A stretch of DNA of 63,992 bases, the filler included, from Octopus bimaculoides (taxonomy: Eukaryota): the NCBI RefSeq assembly GCF_001194135.2. It is 7 parts of 5 records of this genome, joined end to end, with 100 filler letters (N's around TTAATTAATTAA, not from the genome) between each part and the next. Parts side by side here need not be neighbours in the genome. Positions count along the whole stretch, not along the records: positions 16,307 to 35,272 come from NC_068987.1; positions 35,373 to 39,169 come from NC_069006.1; 5 more parts are not named here. One strand, written 5' to 3'. A program made the position numbers and the translations under genes. Shown in pieces: positions 24,731 through 37,360 of this stretch. The notes beneath the pieces were generated by a model. It saw only the letters and a program-made list of their open reading frames with translations, had not been told where the DNA came from and did no database searches. Numbering within the stretch: position 1 is the first letter of the stretch; every line of letters begins with the position of its first letter.

Positions 24731-24962
24731 GCTCAGAAGGAAAACATGGAGGGAGGACGAAAACAAAAACGGAGGGAGAAAAGAATGAGCAGGGATTAAT
24801 GGCTTAACATGATGAAATGACCGGAAGAATAAGGTTAAGTGAAGGGGAGGTATTAACGGTGACCCGGTTGAACTAGGGTGTGCAAACAAGTGTATGTATG
24901 TAAGAACGGTGTGTGTGTGTCTGTGTATATCTGAATGTATGTTGGGGTGACATTATATACAT

Positions 24963-25003
<41 letters not shown>

Positions 25004-25287
25004 NNNNNNNNNNTACTCTTGAACGAGTTAAGTCCTAAACTGCGGGGAATGTCTAGGGAGAATAAGTCTTATTAGAGATAATATGAAGACATATCGCCTG
25101 TATATGAATGTCAGCGTTGGAACGAAGTGCCCATGCATTTCTCCCCATTATGCTTTCTTATCTATGGACAATGAATCCTTCATATGTGTCCATACATGTG
25201 GATACTTCAATTAATACATAGGTGTATGGCGTTTTGCTGCGAAAATATACGTAAGTTTATACATATCTTTTAATGATAATTATGTGG

Positions 25288-25438
25288 ATTTCAGTTTCCA
25301 TCTAACAAATACACTCACATGGTTTTGTTCATCCCCGGGTTATGGTAGATGACACTTAGCCAAGGCCTCACGCATTGAAACTGATTCGGGACCATGTGGC
25401 TGGAAAGTAAAAATCGCTACCATACAGCGGCACCTGTA
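25288..25438 (-). mobile_element. SINE family A 5' half, diverged
   Basis: The + strand TTTCAGTTTCCATCTAACAAATACACTCAC...GGACCATGTGG is the reverse complement of the family head. Confidence 0.65.
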
Positions 25439-25776
25439 ACTTTTCATTCTTTGTAATGGAAACGTGTCAGCAATGGAAATGTTCTCACAGTAACTTAAGA
25501 ATCATTAGTTTATTTGTTCGTGTATGGTTCCGATACTTATAAGTACAAGGTACTTTTGGATGTTGAACATTGATGTTGATAGACGTATAACAACGAAGAT
25601 GGGACATTAGTTTCAATACACCGGTATATGACAGTAGATTGAGCTATTTCCTTCCTCTCTTACATTTTTTAACGTATCACTTATTTGGTGAATTAGGTAA
25701 CACAGTTGAACTAAATATGCATGAAATGAATAACTAATTCATATTTATTTGGATTTATATATGTTGTATTTTTTAG

Positions 25777-26001
25777 GTAATTGGTTGTTTCTTAGCCTGG
25801 GAAACACGCCATGTGAGCATCCCCGCCTTAAATGATTCTAAATATATCGGCATGAGTGTCTACAATGTGGTGATAATGTGTACATGTGGAGCTGCCGTTT
25901 CTATTATCATCAAAGACAAGCCCACGTCAGCTTTTATCATTATAGGTCTTTTCATCATATTTTGTACAACCATCACATTGTGCCTTCTCTTTGTTCCAAA
26001 G
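25777..26001 (+). CDS. GABBR2: GABA-B receptor subunit 2-like exon: ICL3, TM6, TM7 ([35 protein letters not shown]...[12 protein letters not shown])
   Basis: TTTTTTAG acceptor, AAG|GTAAGT donor, 225 nt, phase 0-0 with the previous exon. Carries the class C GPCR GABA-B signature [26 protein letters not shown]. Confidence 0.95.
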
Positions 26002-26159
26002 GTAAGTTGATGAACATTTCTTTTCAATTGCATGCAGTGCTTTGTATCCGCTTTCACTAACACCCTCCGACTATGTGATTATATAGGGTTCTCTCTTCTT
26101 TCATCTGACGCTCTCCCTCTCTTCATCTGACGCTCTCCCTATATGGAGAAAAAAAAATC

Positions 26160-26250
26160 AAACAAAATAAACGGAATTATGATTATGAAATAAACAAAAT
26201 ACACGGAATTATGATTATGAAATAAACAAAATAAACGGAATTATGATTAT
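26160..26250. repeat. 32-bp tandem repeat x3
   Basis: Unit AAACAAAATAAACGGAATTATGATTATGAAAT. Confidence 0.85.
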
Positions 26251-26439
26251 TGGATCTGCATATAGATATTCAATTTTATTTATTCTTTCCGTTGTGTCTA
26301 TCAGCGATTCAAAATCCATTACCTAACTGGTCATTGTAATTAATAGTTAAATATTTAATAATTTCTAATGTATAGGTGCCTAAAGGCTGGATACATAAGC
26401 GAAAATATGTATTTCTAATAATTTTATTCAACAACATTA

Positions 26440-26700
26440 CTAAAATTTTCAACAAGGTTTCCATTATTGCTTTACAAGATTCACATGAATCCGATGCAGT
26501 AACTTTATATTTCGTCAATTTGAGCGCATTCATTCATAATGCTTTCTATCATATGATTCATGTCTGAGATTTTCATTGAGTACACCTTCAATATACCCCA
26601 GTAATAGAAGTCATGCGGGATAGTACCAACAGAGCGAGGATCCCATACTACAAGAATACTAGTAATATTTCCCTTGTATACCAATTTTAAGGTCACTCTA
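26440..26700 (-). mobile_element. Tc1/mariner transposase C-terminal remnant
   Basis: WDPRSVGTIPHDFYYWGILKVY...IESIMNECAQID is a degraded WPPRSPDLTPLDFxxWGxLK motif. Confidence 0.65.
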
Positions 26701-28604
26701 TAGAATACCTTCTATACCATCGTATACATTTTTGGTCTTTTTTAGTTTTAGGTGTAATGGACAAAATCTCACGTCTATATATATTTATATACGCACACAC
26801 CGGCAATACACTTTAAAGATAATCGAAAACGGAGATCATGGCAGTAAGTGTGAAAGATCACTCTCACTGTATTTGCTGCATCCCTCTAGTACTTCTAGGA
26901 TTAATGAATTTATTTATATCTATGCAAGTTTAAACATCGTTGACGAAAATGACAGACCGACAACCGCAAGGAAAGTTCAGCTGCTAGTTTCTGTCAAGAA
27001 ATTCTTCTTTTGATGAGTTCAGCCAAAATTTTAGTGAAATAGCATAACAGTTTAACTACAGTATGCATCCTTGATTTCTTAAGCCAACGTCATGGCTGCC
27101 TAAGACGAATGGAAATATATCAAATGCACTAAGGTAATCAACGTGTTTGAGTGTTCCACAGAAATGTTACAAGATATCACCCTTCTTCTTGTTATACTTG
27201 ACCACAGATATGTGGGCTTCTGCTAACTTATCCAACTGATACAACTGAAATAGGCTCAACCGTTAGTGTAAATGACATAGGCTACGTAATGTTCAATCGG
27301 ATGTAACCGGCATGACAACGATGATTCACTTAAAGTGATGCACTGTCACATGCAGGTGAAGCATGCAGTTACAGAGGAAACTATATTCTAGGTGGGTGCC
27401 AGTGGCAGACCAGTTATCTCGAAAATGAAATGATACGAGTACTACCAAAAATATGTCAATACAATACCTACACACATGCTTACATTCATACAAACCGTGG
27501 TGTTTCTAGATATGGGCACATATACCTGAATATATATTCTTTTAATGAAAATTCTCTTGGAGAATGTCCAATTTTCTCTCCACTTATCGACACTTATAAA
27601 ACCCGAAATACGTATGTAGATTTACAAATGTCATTCACACTGTACCGTTTTGAGATAGGAATTCAAAATAAAATGATATATCTGTAGACACATTTCTACA
27701 ACGATAAGGTAGCTGAATTACATTTGATTATAAATCTGTTCAATGCCGGTTAACCTGGGGCTAAACATAATGCTATGGTAAATTATTTTAAGTGGTTACA
27801 TGAAATCGTACACCACATATTTGTATTACAACATAATTAAATTCATTTCTGTAGCGCATTGATAATTATCACGCAGTTCACTTTTTATAGAGAGGATCTA
27901 AAAGTGAACTATGCATAAAAAACACATACAAATTAATATATAGGAAAGTATTATCTGGCAAATATCGTTTGATAAAGAAAGCTATACATCATTTACTGAC
28001 GATTTGTTTAATAGAAATCTAAGCAAAATAATTATGAAGAAAATGCACAAAATGTACAAATGAATATAGCGTCTTATTAAACTAATACTTTTTTGCACGA
28101 GGCAATTCTTAACTATTAACTATTGATAAAACTTTGTCGTTTATGATAATTCGTTAATGTGCATCAAATATATTGCTGATACTGCAAATGTTCATAACGC
28201 TTTTAGTATAACAGGAATAATTATATAATAATTTTATGTAAAATCACTGGCATGACATACATATTGGAACATGTACATAAATACACACACACGCTTTCAC
28301 AGAATATTTCACACGCACAATTCCGAATTGCTGAAGTTAGTGATACATATCTATTATCTGGACTAATGCCGAAGGTCTAATTATCGAATCCTCTTATTTG
28401 ATATATTCAATATTTTCTGTGCACATTGCTGCATTATATTTATTATGCATTTGACTAAAATGGTTAGAATGTGATCTGATGGACACACAGACACAGACAC
28501 ACTCACATACACACACACAAACACAAACATGCACACACATATACATACATATATATACATGTATACATATATATATATATATAGATATGCAGGGCACGCA
28601 TATA

Positions 28605-29285
28605 TATAACACAGCAGAAAGTGATAAGTGCAGAATCTGTGGACAAAACGATGAAACCGTAAGGCATATTACCAGCCAATGTACGCCACTAGCCAAGAAG
28701 GAATATTATAAGAGACGCCACGACAATATTGCCAGGCTTTCCATTGGACACTTTGCAACAAGTATGGACTTGAAAGAGCAAAAAAAATTGGTACGACCAC
28801 AAACCTGAAAGCATCGTCGAATATGGTAATGCGAAGATCCTATGGGATTTTATGTTTCAGTGCGACCATGAGATAGAGAATAGGAAGCCAGACATATTCT
28901 TAATTGAGAATGAAAACAAACTACGCTGGATCAAAGATATAGCATGCCCAGTTGACAACAAGGTATGCGATAAGGACGAAAGAAATGTTGAGAGATATGA
29001 CAGGTTAGCTTGGGAAATTCAGCAGCTGTAGTCGATGAAAAACGTAGCAGTAGTACTAATAAGTGTCGGAGGCCTGGGATCAGTGAGCAAAAATCTCGAG
29101 AAGTACGTGGAACCCATCGGGGCTGTAATAAGGGTGGAGCACTTGCAGAAAACAACACTGCTTGGAACCGGAACCGCTCGAATACTCCGGATAGTTCTTG
29201 GAAAATGAGCGGTGTTACCTTAGTTCACTGGTAATGAACAGCTGACAACGTAGTACATCTCCAGCGTTAGAAGCTGTGCAAAGGC
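28605..29285 (+). mobile_element. RLE-type (R4/Dong-like) LINE 3' fragment: CCHC knuckle + PD-(D/E)xK endonuclease
   Basis: CRICGQNDETVRHITSQC; KILWDF...RKPDIFLI...IKDIACP; HLQKTTLLGT...RIL. Frameshifted. Ends in an (AAC)/(ACT)/(AAT) run. Confidence 0.85.
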
Positions 29286-29308
29286 AATGATAACAACAAC
29301 AACAACAT

Positions 29309-29676
<368 letters not shown>

Positions 29677-31716
29677 CAATAATAATAATAATCTCATGGC
29701 TTTTAATCTTAACTAATTGGAAGTGTTAACATGTGCATATACATGGTATAAAAGAAGGATTACAGTATTCTGTTCAATACCATAGATTTTTCTTGTCCGT
29801 TGTTTGAGCTTAAATAGCTGAGCATGATATGTACATCTCTAATCACGAGCAGAAGTAGTGGGGGAGCATCGTAACGATGTGTTGAGTGGAATTCTTTGGG
29901 TCTGAATAATAATTGTCTGGAAACATGGGTGTTTCGTTCATCATCTTTCAATAAACCTTACTGAGGGTTTTTTTTTTAAAGGAAATGGGCTACTAGACCC
30001 GAAGAAAATTTTAACTGGGCTCCACCTGCAAGGTCGTGCGTTGTTTATCTTGATATGAGTTTAACCATGTCGCGCACATATGGTTGTGATGCATCTACCT
30101 AGTGTACCCTTATCAGACTAATTGTCATGATAAGGGTATATTGTGTTTTGTATATTTGTACCCCAGTTTAATTTGATGACATGCACTGCTTTCTCAGACA
30201 ATAATAACAATAACATTGTATGTATGTCAGTTTAAACTGGTGATGGAAGTATATATATATACACTCATTCCAAGATGAAAATGTGTAGCTGTTAATGAAA
30301 ATAATCACCAAGCTAAATAAAAATGTATTCACTTTTGTTGCTAGTGCATGATTAGATACAGAGAATATTAAATATATTAGAGTTGTTGAATTATTTCCCT
30401 TATGTNNNNNNNNNNGAGAGAGAGAGAGAGAGAGAGAGAGAGTTAAGCCTCATTACATGTGTACTGGTTGCAGATGACTTACTCACATTTGGAGTATTTT
30501 AATTCGAAACATTATTAGAAATATTATTGCAGGTTATTATTCTCAACCGTTGCTTGCATACAAGACAACATATATTGGAAGTTATCTAATCTGATTCAAA
30601 TGCAATTACTTGCTTTAAATGTGATGTAGACTCAGGTTTATTTAGTGTTGAATCGTTGGTGTAACCATGAAGTTCTGGTGATCCGATGAGCTAGCTTTTT
30701 TTTATTTGAATTGATTTATGAATACATTTGCATTGTATCGTACCAAGCATGCATATTAATGCAAACATGTAAGCATAATTTCTTCCACACAGAAATTAAT
30801 AATACACGAAAAGATTGGCAAACCTTCTATTATCCTAGAGGTATCCTATGGTTAAATACATATACTTTCTTATATTTCCTGACTCCTGACTTATAGCGTA
30901 TGTATGTATGTATGTGTATTATATATATGTGTGTGTATAGATATATATACATATATATAAATATATATACACATATTTGTGTATGTATATATGTATGTTT
31001 GTATGTATAAATAGACATCTATATCACAGATTAATATAATGGACTGCATGTACTGTGATCATATTCTGCGTCAAGGGCTTGATATAATCACATAATAGTA
31101 TACTGCATACTCACTATGGGCGCAAGCGTAAATTCCTTCAATCCAACATCAGCATTTCTACATCTTCCTAATAGAGTTTATCATGTGTCGCTGGTTGTGT
31201 GCTGTAAGCCAATCGAAAATGATATTGATAAACACAACTGGTGGAATTGGAATTGTACCTTGTAAAGATGAGACACCATACATCAACGTACTTTCCTTCT
31301 AAGGCTGTAACACTGGATGCCTTGTAAAGAAAATAGATGAAGTAAATTTGTTTCAAGTTGTCGCAATTGCGATGCGTTACACAACGCCGTACCAGGAATC
31401 TGCCCACCATTAATTATTGCATTTCCTCAATTGAAGGTTGTGTGTTTTTGTCAATAACACTAATGTACTTCACAATTCTGCATCGACTACGACGGTGAGA
31501 AAATTGCCATACATCATGTGACAACCTATGATCTTTATCGTGATTGCAATGGCGAGCAAATTATTCTGCGTCGGGTAAAAGGAATCTGCTCATAATACTC
31601 CTCAAATTTCATAAATCATACCAAAGCACATACACAGGCATACAAACATACCCTTCCACGCACGCCACTCACCCACTCGCACGCAAACACTCACAAGTCA
31701 CAGACCAACAACACAT

Positions 31717-31748
<32 letters not shown>

Positions 31749-31792
31749 TTACTACTACTACTGCTGCTGTTGCGGCTGCTACTACTACTACA

Positions 31793-31917
<125 letters not shown>

Positions 31918-31934
31918 TAATAATAATAATAATA

Positions 31935-33003
31935 AAGAACGAGCTTGAGGAAATGGACTTGAAAACTTGAAGAGGAACAACAGTTAACAAGGAACTAAAC
32001 CCAAAAAGCGGTACTGACTGAGTGCCCGTAGAAACATGGGCGGGAGAGGTCTCATACGATGCAAGATTTATGTTGTCAACGAGAAGAACACTCTGGGATG
32101 GTACAACAAACAGCAGAGTGAATCTTTGCTTGCCGCTGTTAGAATTAACAATACGTACCGAAAATATGATGCACTCACAAAGATTTAAAAAATACGATGA
32201 AAAAGAAAGAGTAAACAGTTGGAAAATCAAACCACTGCATAGACAATACTTCAGAGAAATTGAAGGAAAAGACAAGATCAACACGTGTAGATGATTAAGT
32301 AAAAGAGATCTGAAAGAATGCTCTGAGGCATTGATAGGCAACACCCAAGAACAAGCTCTGAGAACTAATTACACCAAGCTCCAAATCGATATGAGTAGCG
32401 AATGTGAAAATTACGGTCTGAATGGAGCACGGAGATGATACGAACATGAACCAAAAGGAGTCACCGAGAGCAAGGAAAGTAAGATACTATGGGATTCTAC
32501 AATCTAATGTGACTTCCTAATCGATGCTGAGAAACGAGATATTGTTGTGGTTGATAAAGGGTAAAAGAAAACCAAGTTCATAGATATTGCAATACCTAGA
32601 GATGCACGCAAAAGTGACAAAGAAATACAAAAGATTGAAAAGTACAGAGTACTAAAAGACGAAGTTGCAAGAATGTGGACTGTGAGGAGAGCGTCTTTCA
32701 TTCCAGTGGTTGCAGGGGCACTGGGAGTACTAACAGCCAAGTTCGCGAAATATGTCAAAGAAATAGGAATTGACATGAGAGCAGAGTAAATCTAAAAAAA
32801 AACTGCTCTGCTGTGGACAGCTAGGATTTTGTACTTAGATGTTGGTACTTGGATGTTGAGTGTCTCCCACGATAATTAACAATCAAATATTGAAGCTTAT
32901 AATATGCGGAAAGAGGTCCTATAAGACTTCTGATAGCAGGCTGCTGTCCGCCCTCACAGATTGTACCAGAACAAACAATACCGAACGTTCTGAGAAGTAA
33001 AAC
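31935..33003 (+). mobile_element. Third RLE-type LINE 3' fragment (thumb/linker + endonuclease)
   Basis: GGRGL, WKIKPLHRQYF, QEQALRTN, KILWDSTI, RDIVVVDK, FIDIAIP, IPVVAGALG and KTALLWTARIL motifs. Starts after (AAT)/(GAT)n and ends in (GAT)n. Confidence 0.85.
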
Positions 33004-33007
33004 GATA

Positions 33008-33064
<57 letters not shown>

Positions 33065-33897
33065 NNNNNNNNNNNNNNNNNNNNNNNNNNNNNNNNNNNN
33101 NNNNNNNNNNNNNNNNCGGTGGTGAGGTTGTTGATGATGATGATGATGATAACGGTGTGTCATTAGCACAAATTTTCTATAATAGATATGAGACATTCGG
33201 CACATATTTAGCCAGAATTTCTCTTTCATAGAGAACAGAGATTATGCTACATAAAATGCATCGTCGATAAATATAAAAGGTAAATTAGGCATGAATGCAT
33301 CTTATGGACTTGGTTACTATTTTTACATTCGTTAAGGCGTTTCGTTCTTATCGTGTATGTTACTTTCACCGCAGTTTGAATTTAGCGTTATACTAGTTTT
33401 TCTTAGCATAATCAGCTTAATTTATTGTGATGCATATTAAGTTTTATATATGAATTATTCTATTTATAAGGCTTTGTTATTACTTCTTTGTATATTTGCA
33501 GTTTGTATTTGATTAAGATGTCTTTGCGTAAATTACATGTATGCATCTACTTTCATTTCATTAATATATCACAAATCACGCTGATTTTTTACTCGAAAAC
33601 AGAAAATGTTACATTAATACCTTATATATCATTATCAGAAACGTAAATTGTGATATTCTAAAGTCCTTGATATAAATATAAGTGTATGATTTATATATAT
33701 ATATATATAATTTTATGGGATATGTGTTTGTGCGTGCGTTTGTGTATGTATGTATGTATGTATGATTCTAAGTGGCATTTTTTGGCATCTATATTTCTGT
33801 TGGTCGCATATTCAATCATACTTATTTACTCAGTTGCACGCAGATTGTCTCAGACAAGGCACGTGCACATGAAGTCATTCAAGAATATTTACAACAT

Positions 33898-34115
33898 CAA
33901 GGCAACGAGCTGGCTGAAAGGTAAGGACGTCGGGCGAAATGTTTAGCGGTATTTCGTCTGTCTCTACGTTCTGAGTTCAAATTCCGCCGAGGTCGACTTT
34001 GCCTTTCATCCTTTCGGGGTCGATGAATTAAGTACCAGCTGCGTACTGGGATCGATCTAGTCGACTGGCCTCCTCTCCAAACTTTCAAGCCTTGTGCCTA
34101 GAGTAGAAAAGAATA
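33898..34115 (+). mobile_element. SINE family B, full-length copy
   Basis: GAGCTGGCTGAA head, GAGTTCAAATTCC B-box-like motif, GGTCGACTTTGCCTTTCATCCTTTCGGGGTCGAT core and CCTTGTGCCTAGAGTAGAAAAGAAT tail. Confidence 0.9.
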
Positions 34116-34269
34116 TTTACATTGTTGTCGACCATCTGATTTCTAAGATAGTAGAGTTCACCTCAATTATTTGAGTGGAGAGCGTACAGGACAAAACTTT
34201 GCCAATTATTTTTCGAAATATACATACAGCAACATATCTGGCTCGAATTTAGCAACAGGTTTTGTCGAA

Positions 34270-34630
34270 CAATATAAAGTCCAACATCAGAGGGACTTAG
34301 GATTTCGACATGTGACTTATTTCAATGCTTAATTTATAGACATTTACCATAAGCTAGAACCATCAGAGATCCAAAATGCAGTCATACAAAAAAAATCTGG
34401 TCACCACACCTATATGCTATCTACAGTGAATATACATTTAGAGACTCGAATGTGGGAAAAGAACTCTCAGCCAATGGCATGAACATAAACAATACAAAAT
34501 ATGCTGATGATTTATTGGCAGACAGTAATAAGAAACTACATAAAAATTACTGATGTAAACGAGCACTGTGACAAGTAAAGTCTAAATGTCAGTGTAAAAA
34601 TGACAAAGACAACGGCTATTAGCGAGACAC
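34270..34630 (+). mobile_element. RTE-clade LINE reverse transcriptase remnant
   Basis: SPHLYAIYSEYTFRD; ELSANGMNINNTKYADDLLADSNKKL (YADD at 34500-34511); SLNVSVKMTKTTAIS. Confidence 0.7.
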
Positions 34631-35272
34631 ACAAAATAAACGTGAACAAATAGAGAAACGAGACAGGCAACATAAAGAACAGACCCTTCATCAATTGTCC
34701 CCTGTTTTATCTACTCCGCAATTTGAAGTTTGGGACCTCACGCGACTTCGTTAAAACAGTCCTTCCCGCAAAGTAAATTAAATAAAATGTGTGATTTTAT
34801 GCAGAGAGTTAAAGTGGTAACAAAACCAAGACTGTATGAACAAAACAGTAAGAACAAACAGTGAAGGCTGTTAAGCGTAAGCGATAACGAGGTGAAGCGG
34901 TGAACGCTGGAGTATGGAGCTAAGACAGCAGACAGGCAAAAGTACGTTTTATCTCTTGTAAAGCAAAAAGAAGAAAGAACGATAGCCACTAGTCACGTGT
35001 AAGCAACGTGAGGGCGAAGGTGGAAGAGTGAGAGTGAGAGAAAGAGAACTGTGAAGGGGGAAGAGAAGAAAAACAGAAATAAATTAGAATAATGGTAGAA
35101 TAAAGTGAGAATAGAGATAGGTTTTAGAGTGCGCATCGGAATTATTAAGATAAAACTTACTTGGAAATGTGTGCGTGGCGTTCGATCAGATATTAATAAT
35201 AATAATAATAACAATAAAAATAATAATAATAATATATACACATATATATATATATATATACATATATATATA

Positions 35273-35372
35273 NNNNNNNNNNNNNNNNNNNNNNNNNNNN
35301 NNNNNNNNNNNNNNNNTTAATTAATTAANNNNNNNNNNNNNNNNNNNNNNNNNNNNNNNNNNNNNNNNNNNN
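35273..35372. other. Artificial scaffold join (44 N + TTAATTAATTAA + 44 N)
   Basis: Same 100-bp structure. Confidence 0.95.
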
Positions 35373-35568
35373 TATATATGGTTTGTTTACGTCACTGTAA
35401 CTTAGTAGTTCGGCCTGAGTGATCGATAAAATAAGAAGTAAGCTTTCAGGAATGAAAAGGGAGTACCGGGTTCGAATTGTTTAACTGAACATTCCGATGC
35501 GGTGCCCAAGTTTGGGCGCGATTCAATGACTTAAACAAAGAAAGAGAAAAAGTTTTATAAGAACTTAC

Positions 35569-36179
35569 TTCATGCTGATAATGTTGTCAATGTCCTTCTC
35601 CAATTCACGAAGCCCAAAGACACTCAGTAAATGGTCAATAAAATCAAACGGAAGATAATTAGAGAATTTGACCAAATGCAATAAATTCTTGGGTGAACTT
35701 TCCCACATTTGCGTTGTTTCGTTGTATTCCTGCGGCCAAAAGCACATCACCGAGTTACTATAATTCACATTATGGTTTGAGAACTGGGAAATGGCTTCTA
35801 GTGATTGTTCCAAGTTCTGGGCCGATGGTTTAGCTATTTTATTGAAGCTGTAGGCCTCTAGCAAGGCGAAATTAATCCAGGCCGTGGCAAACATGTTTAC
35901 ATCGTAGACAGCAAACTGATCCCTAATGAGGCTCATAATAGGTTTCCCATGAAAGTATAACTTCACATCGCTTTCGTAGATGCCTTTTTTATGGCCCCAT
36001 TTAAACGGGAGGAAGGTTTGCGAATCCCTTTTAGCTTGATACTTGTATATGTGATCAATAAGTTTTTCTGTCGTTCTAGACAGGTCTTCTTTACCTGGAG
36101 AGGAAAATCTTGACCCATGAACCCATGGCAGGTCGTCAGTTAACAAAACAACAAACAAAAGAAAAGCAGCAAACTTCAT
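35569..36179 (-). CDS. First coding exon of an uncharacterised secreted protein (203 codons + 2 nt; MKFAAFLLFVVLL...NIISMK)
   Basis: Stop-free 611-nt frame with normal protein composition and a hydrophobic signal peptide. Ends at a canonical AA|GTAAGT donor (phase 2). An in-frame upstream Met lies at 36206. Confidence 0.85.
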
Positions 36180-37259
36180 AATATGATTAACCAAACAAGA
36201 AGTCATTTTAACCTGGTTTGGTGAGTATTTTTAGCTTGTAATCTTTTATTTCTTTTTCTAATCCTCACAAATATTTTTTACGCAATAAAGTGTATCTGCT
36301 TATTATTTAGTAACAGTGGCAATGAACTTCAGTTGAGGCGAGCTTGAGTCTATATGTACGCAAGTATGTATGCTTGTACACATGTATGTATGTATGTATG
36401 TATGTATGTATGTATGTATGTATGTATGTATGTATGTATGTATGTATGTGTCTCTCTCTATATATATATGTTAGAGTGGGTGTATATATGTTGAATAATG
36501 AGCAGTTAGACGTAGGTCAGATGAAAAACGTCTGCTTTATCCAAAATCAAACGTTTTTACTAACAAATCAATGTCGTCTGCTTTGCTTTATAGATAAGAG
36601 AGAGGGAGGAGAGGAGAGAGAGAGACAAACAAACGGGGACAGAGAGAGAAAAAGAGCGCGAGAGAAAGAAGGGAGTGAGAGAGAGACAGAGAGAGAGAGA
36701 GAGAGACGTTTATCACGTGATCTGGGCATGTTTGCTTTTTATTCTTTTTGTTTTACTTGAATTCCTCCACGTGGTTGCTGCACCTGCTAGAAACAGCAGC
36801 CAAATCTCTGTTCTTTCCCATACTTTGAGCAAAAGAAGAAGAAGAAAAAAAAGAATGACTGTCACATTAGATACAGTGATAGTTTTCCAAAGCGACTAAA
36901 TGATTACGACTGGTATCAGAGCTCTGTTCAGTTCGAATTAGCCTGGAGTAAAAAAAAGAAAACAACAACAATAATCAAGAATAACAACGCCCCCTAACAA
37001 ACAAGCTGCTGCCTCTTCCGGTCGAGCGTCCATCATTGACAAGACCAAGGTCGAAATCGTGTGATCTGGAGGTCACGGCGCTGGAGGGAGAAGGATTTAT
37101 GTCCCCGCTGGAGATATAAACTAGAGTGTATTGTGTATTAAAAGCCAATATGTAAGATTCTCCCTGATAACTATTATAGTTTGTTCTATTCATAGTAACA
37201 CCCGTACCTCCTAAAAAGTCTTTATTCATTCAGTTTGCTGGTTTCTTCAGTTTCACTTC

Positions 37260-37360
37260 GGACCCTGATGAAACAGCACCTGATGAAACTGCACCGACCA
37301 TGACACTAGGTAGCATATCTAACAGTGTAAAGTCGATGCACTTGAAACGCGCGTAGGTCC
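37260..37360 (+). ncRNA. Type I hammerhead-ribozyme-like motif with long stem II and a 15-nt duplication of the core
   Basis: GGACC-CUGAUGA ... stem II (AACUGCACCGAC / GUCGAUGCACUU) ... GAAAC-GCGC-GUA-GGUCC. Stem I is GGACC/GGUCC and stem III is the palindrome ACGCGCGU. Confidence 0.7.

Noticed and set aside
31168-31410. Moderately GC-balanced ORF tested as the next exon of the secreted protein or the GPCR
   Set aside because: The required phase gives an early stop, and no frame resembles either protein.
36975-37229. Minus-strand ORF with DFDLGLVNDGR, vaguely like a LINE endonuclease
   Set aside because: A single weak motif with no other APE motifs nearby.
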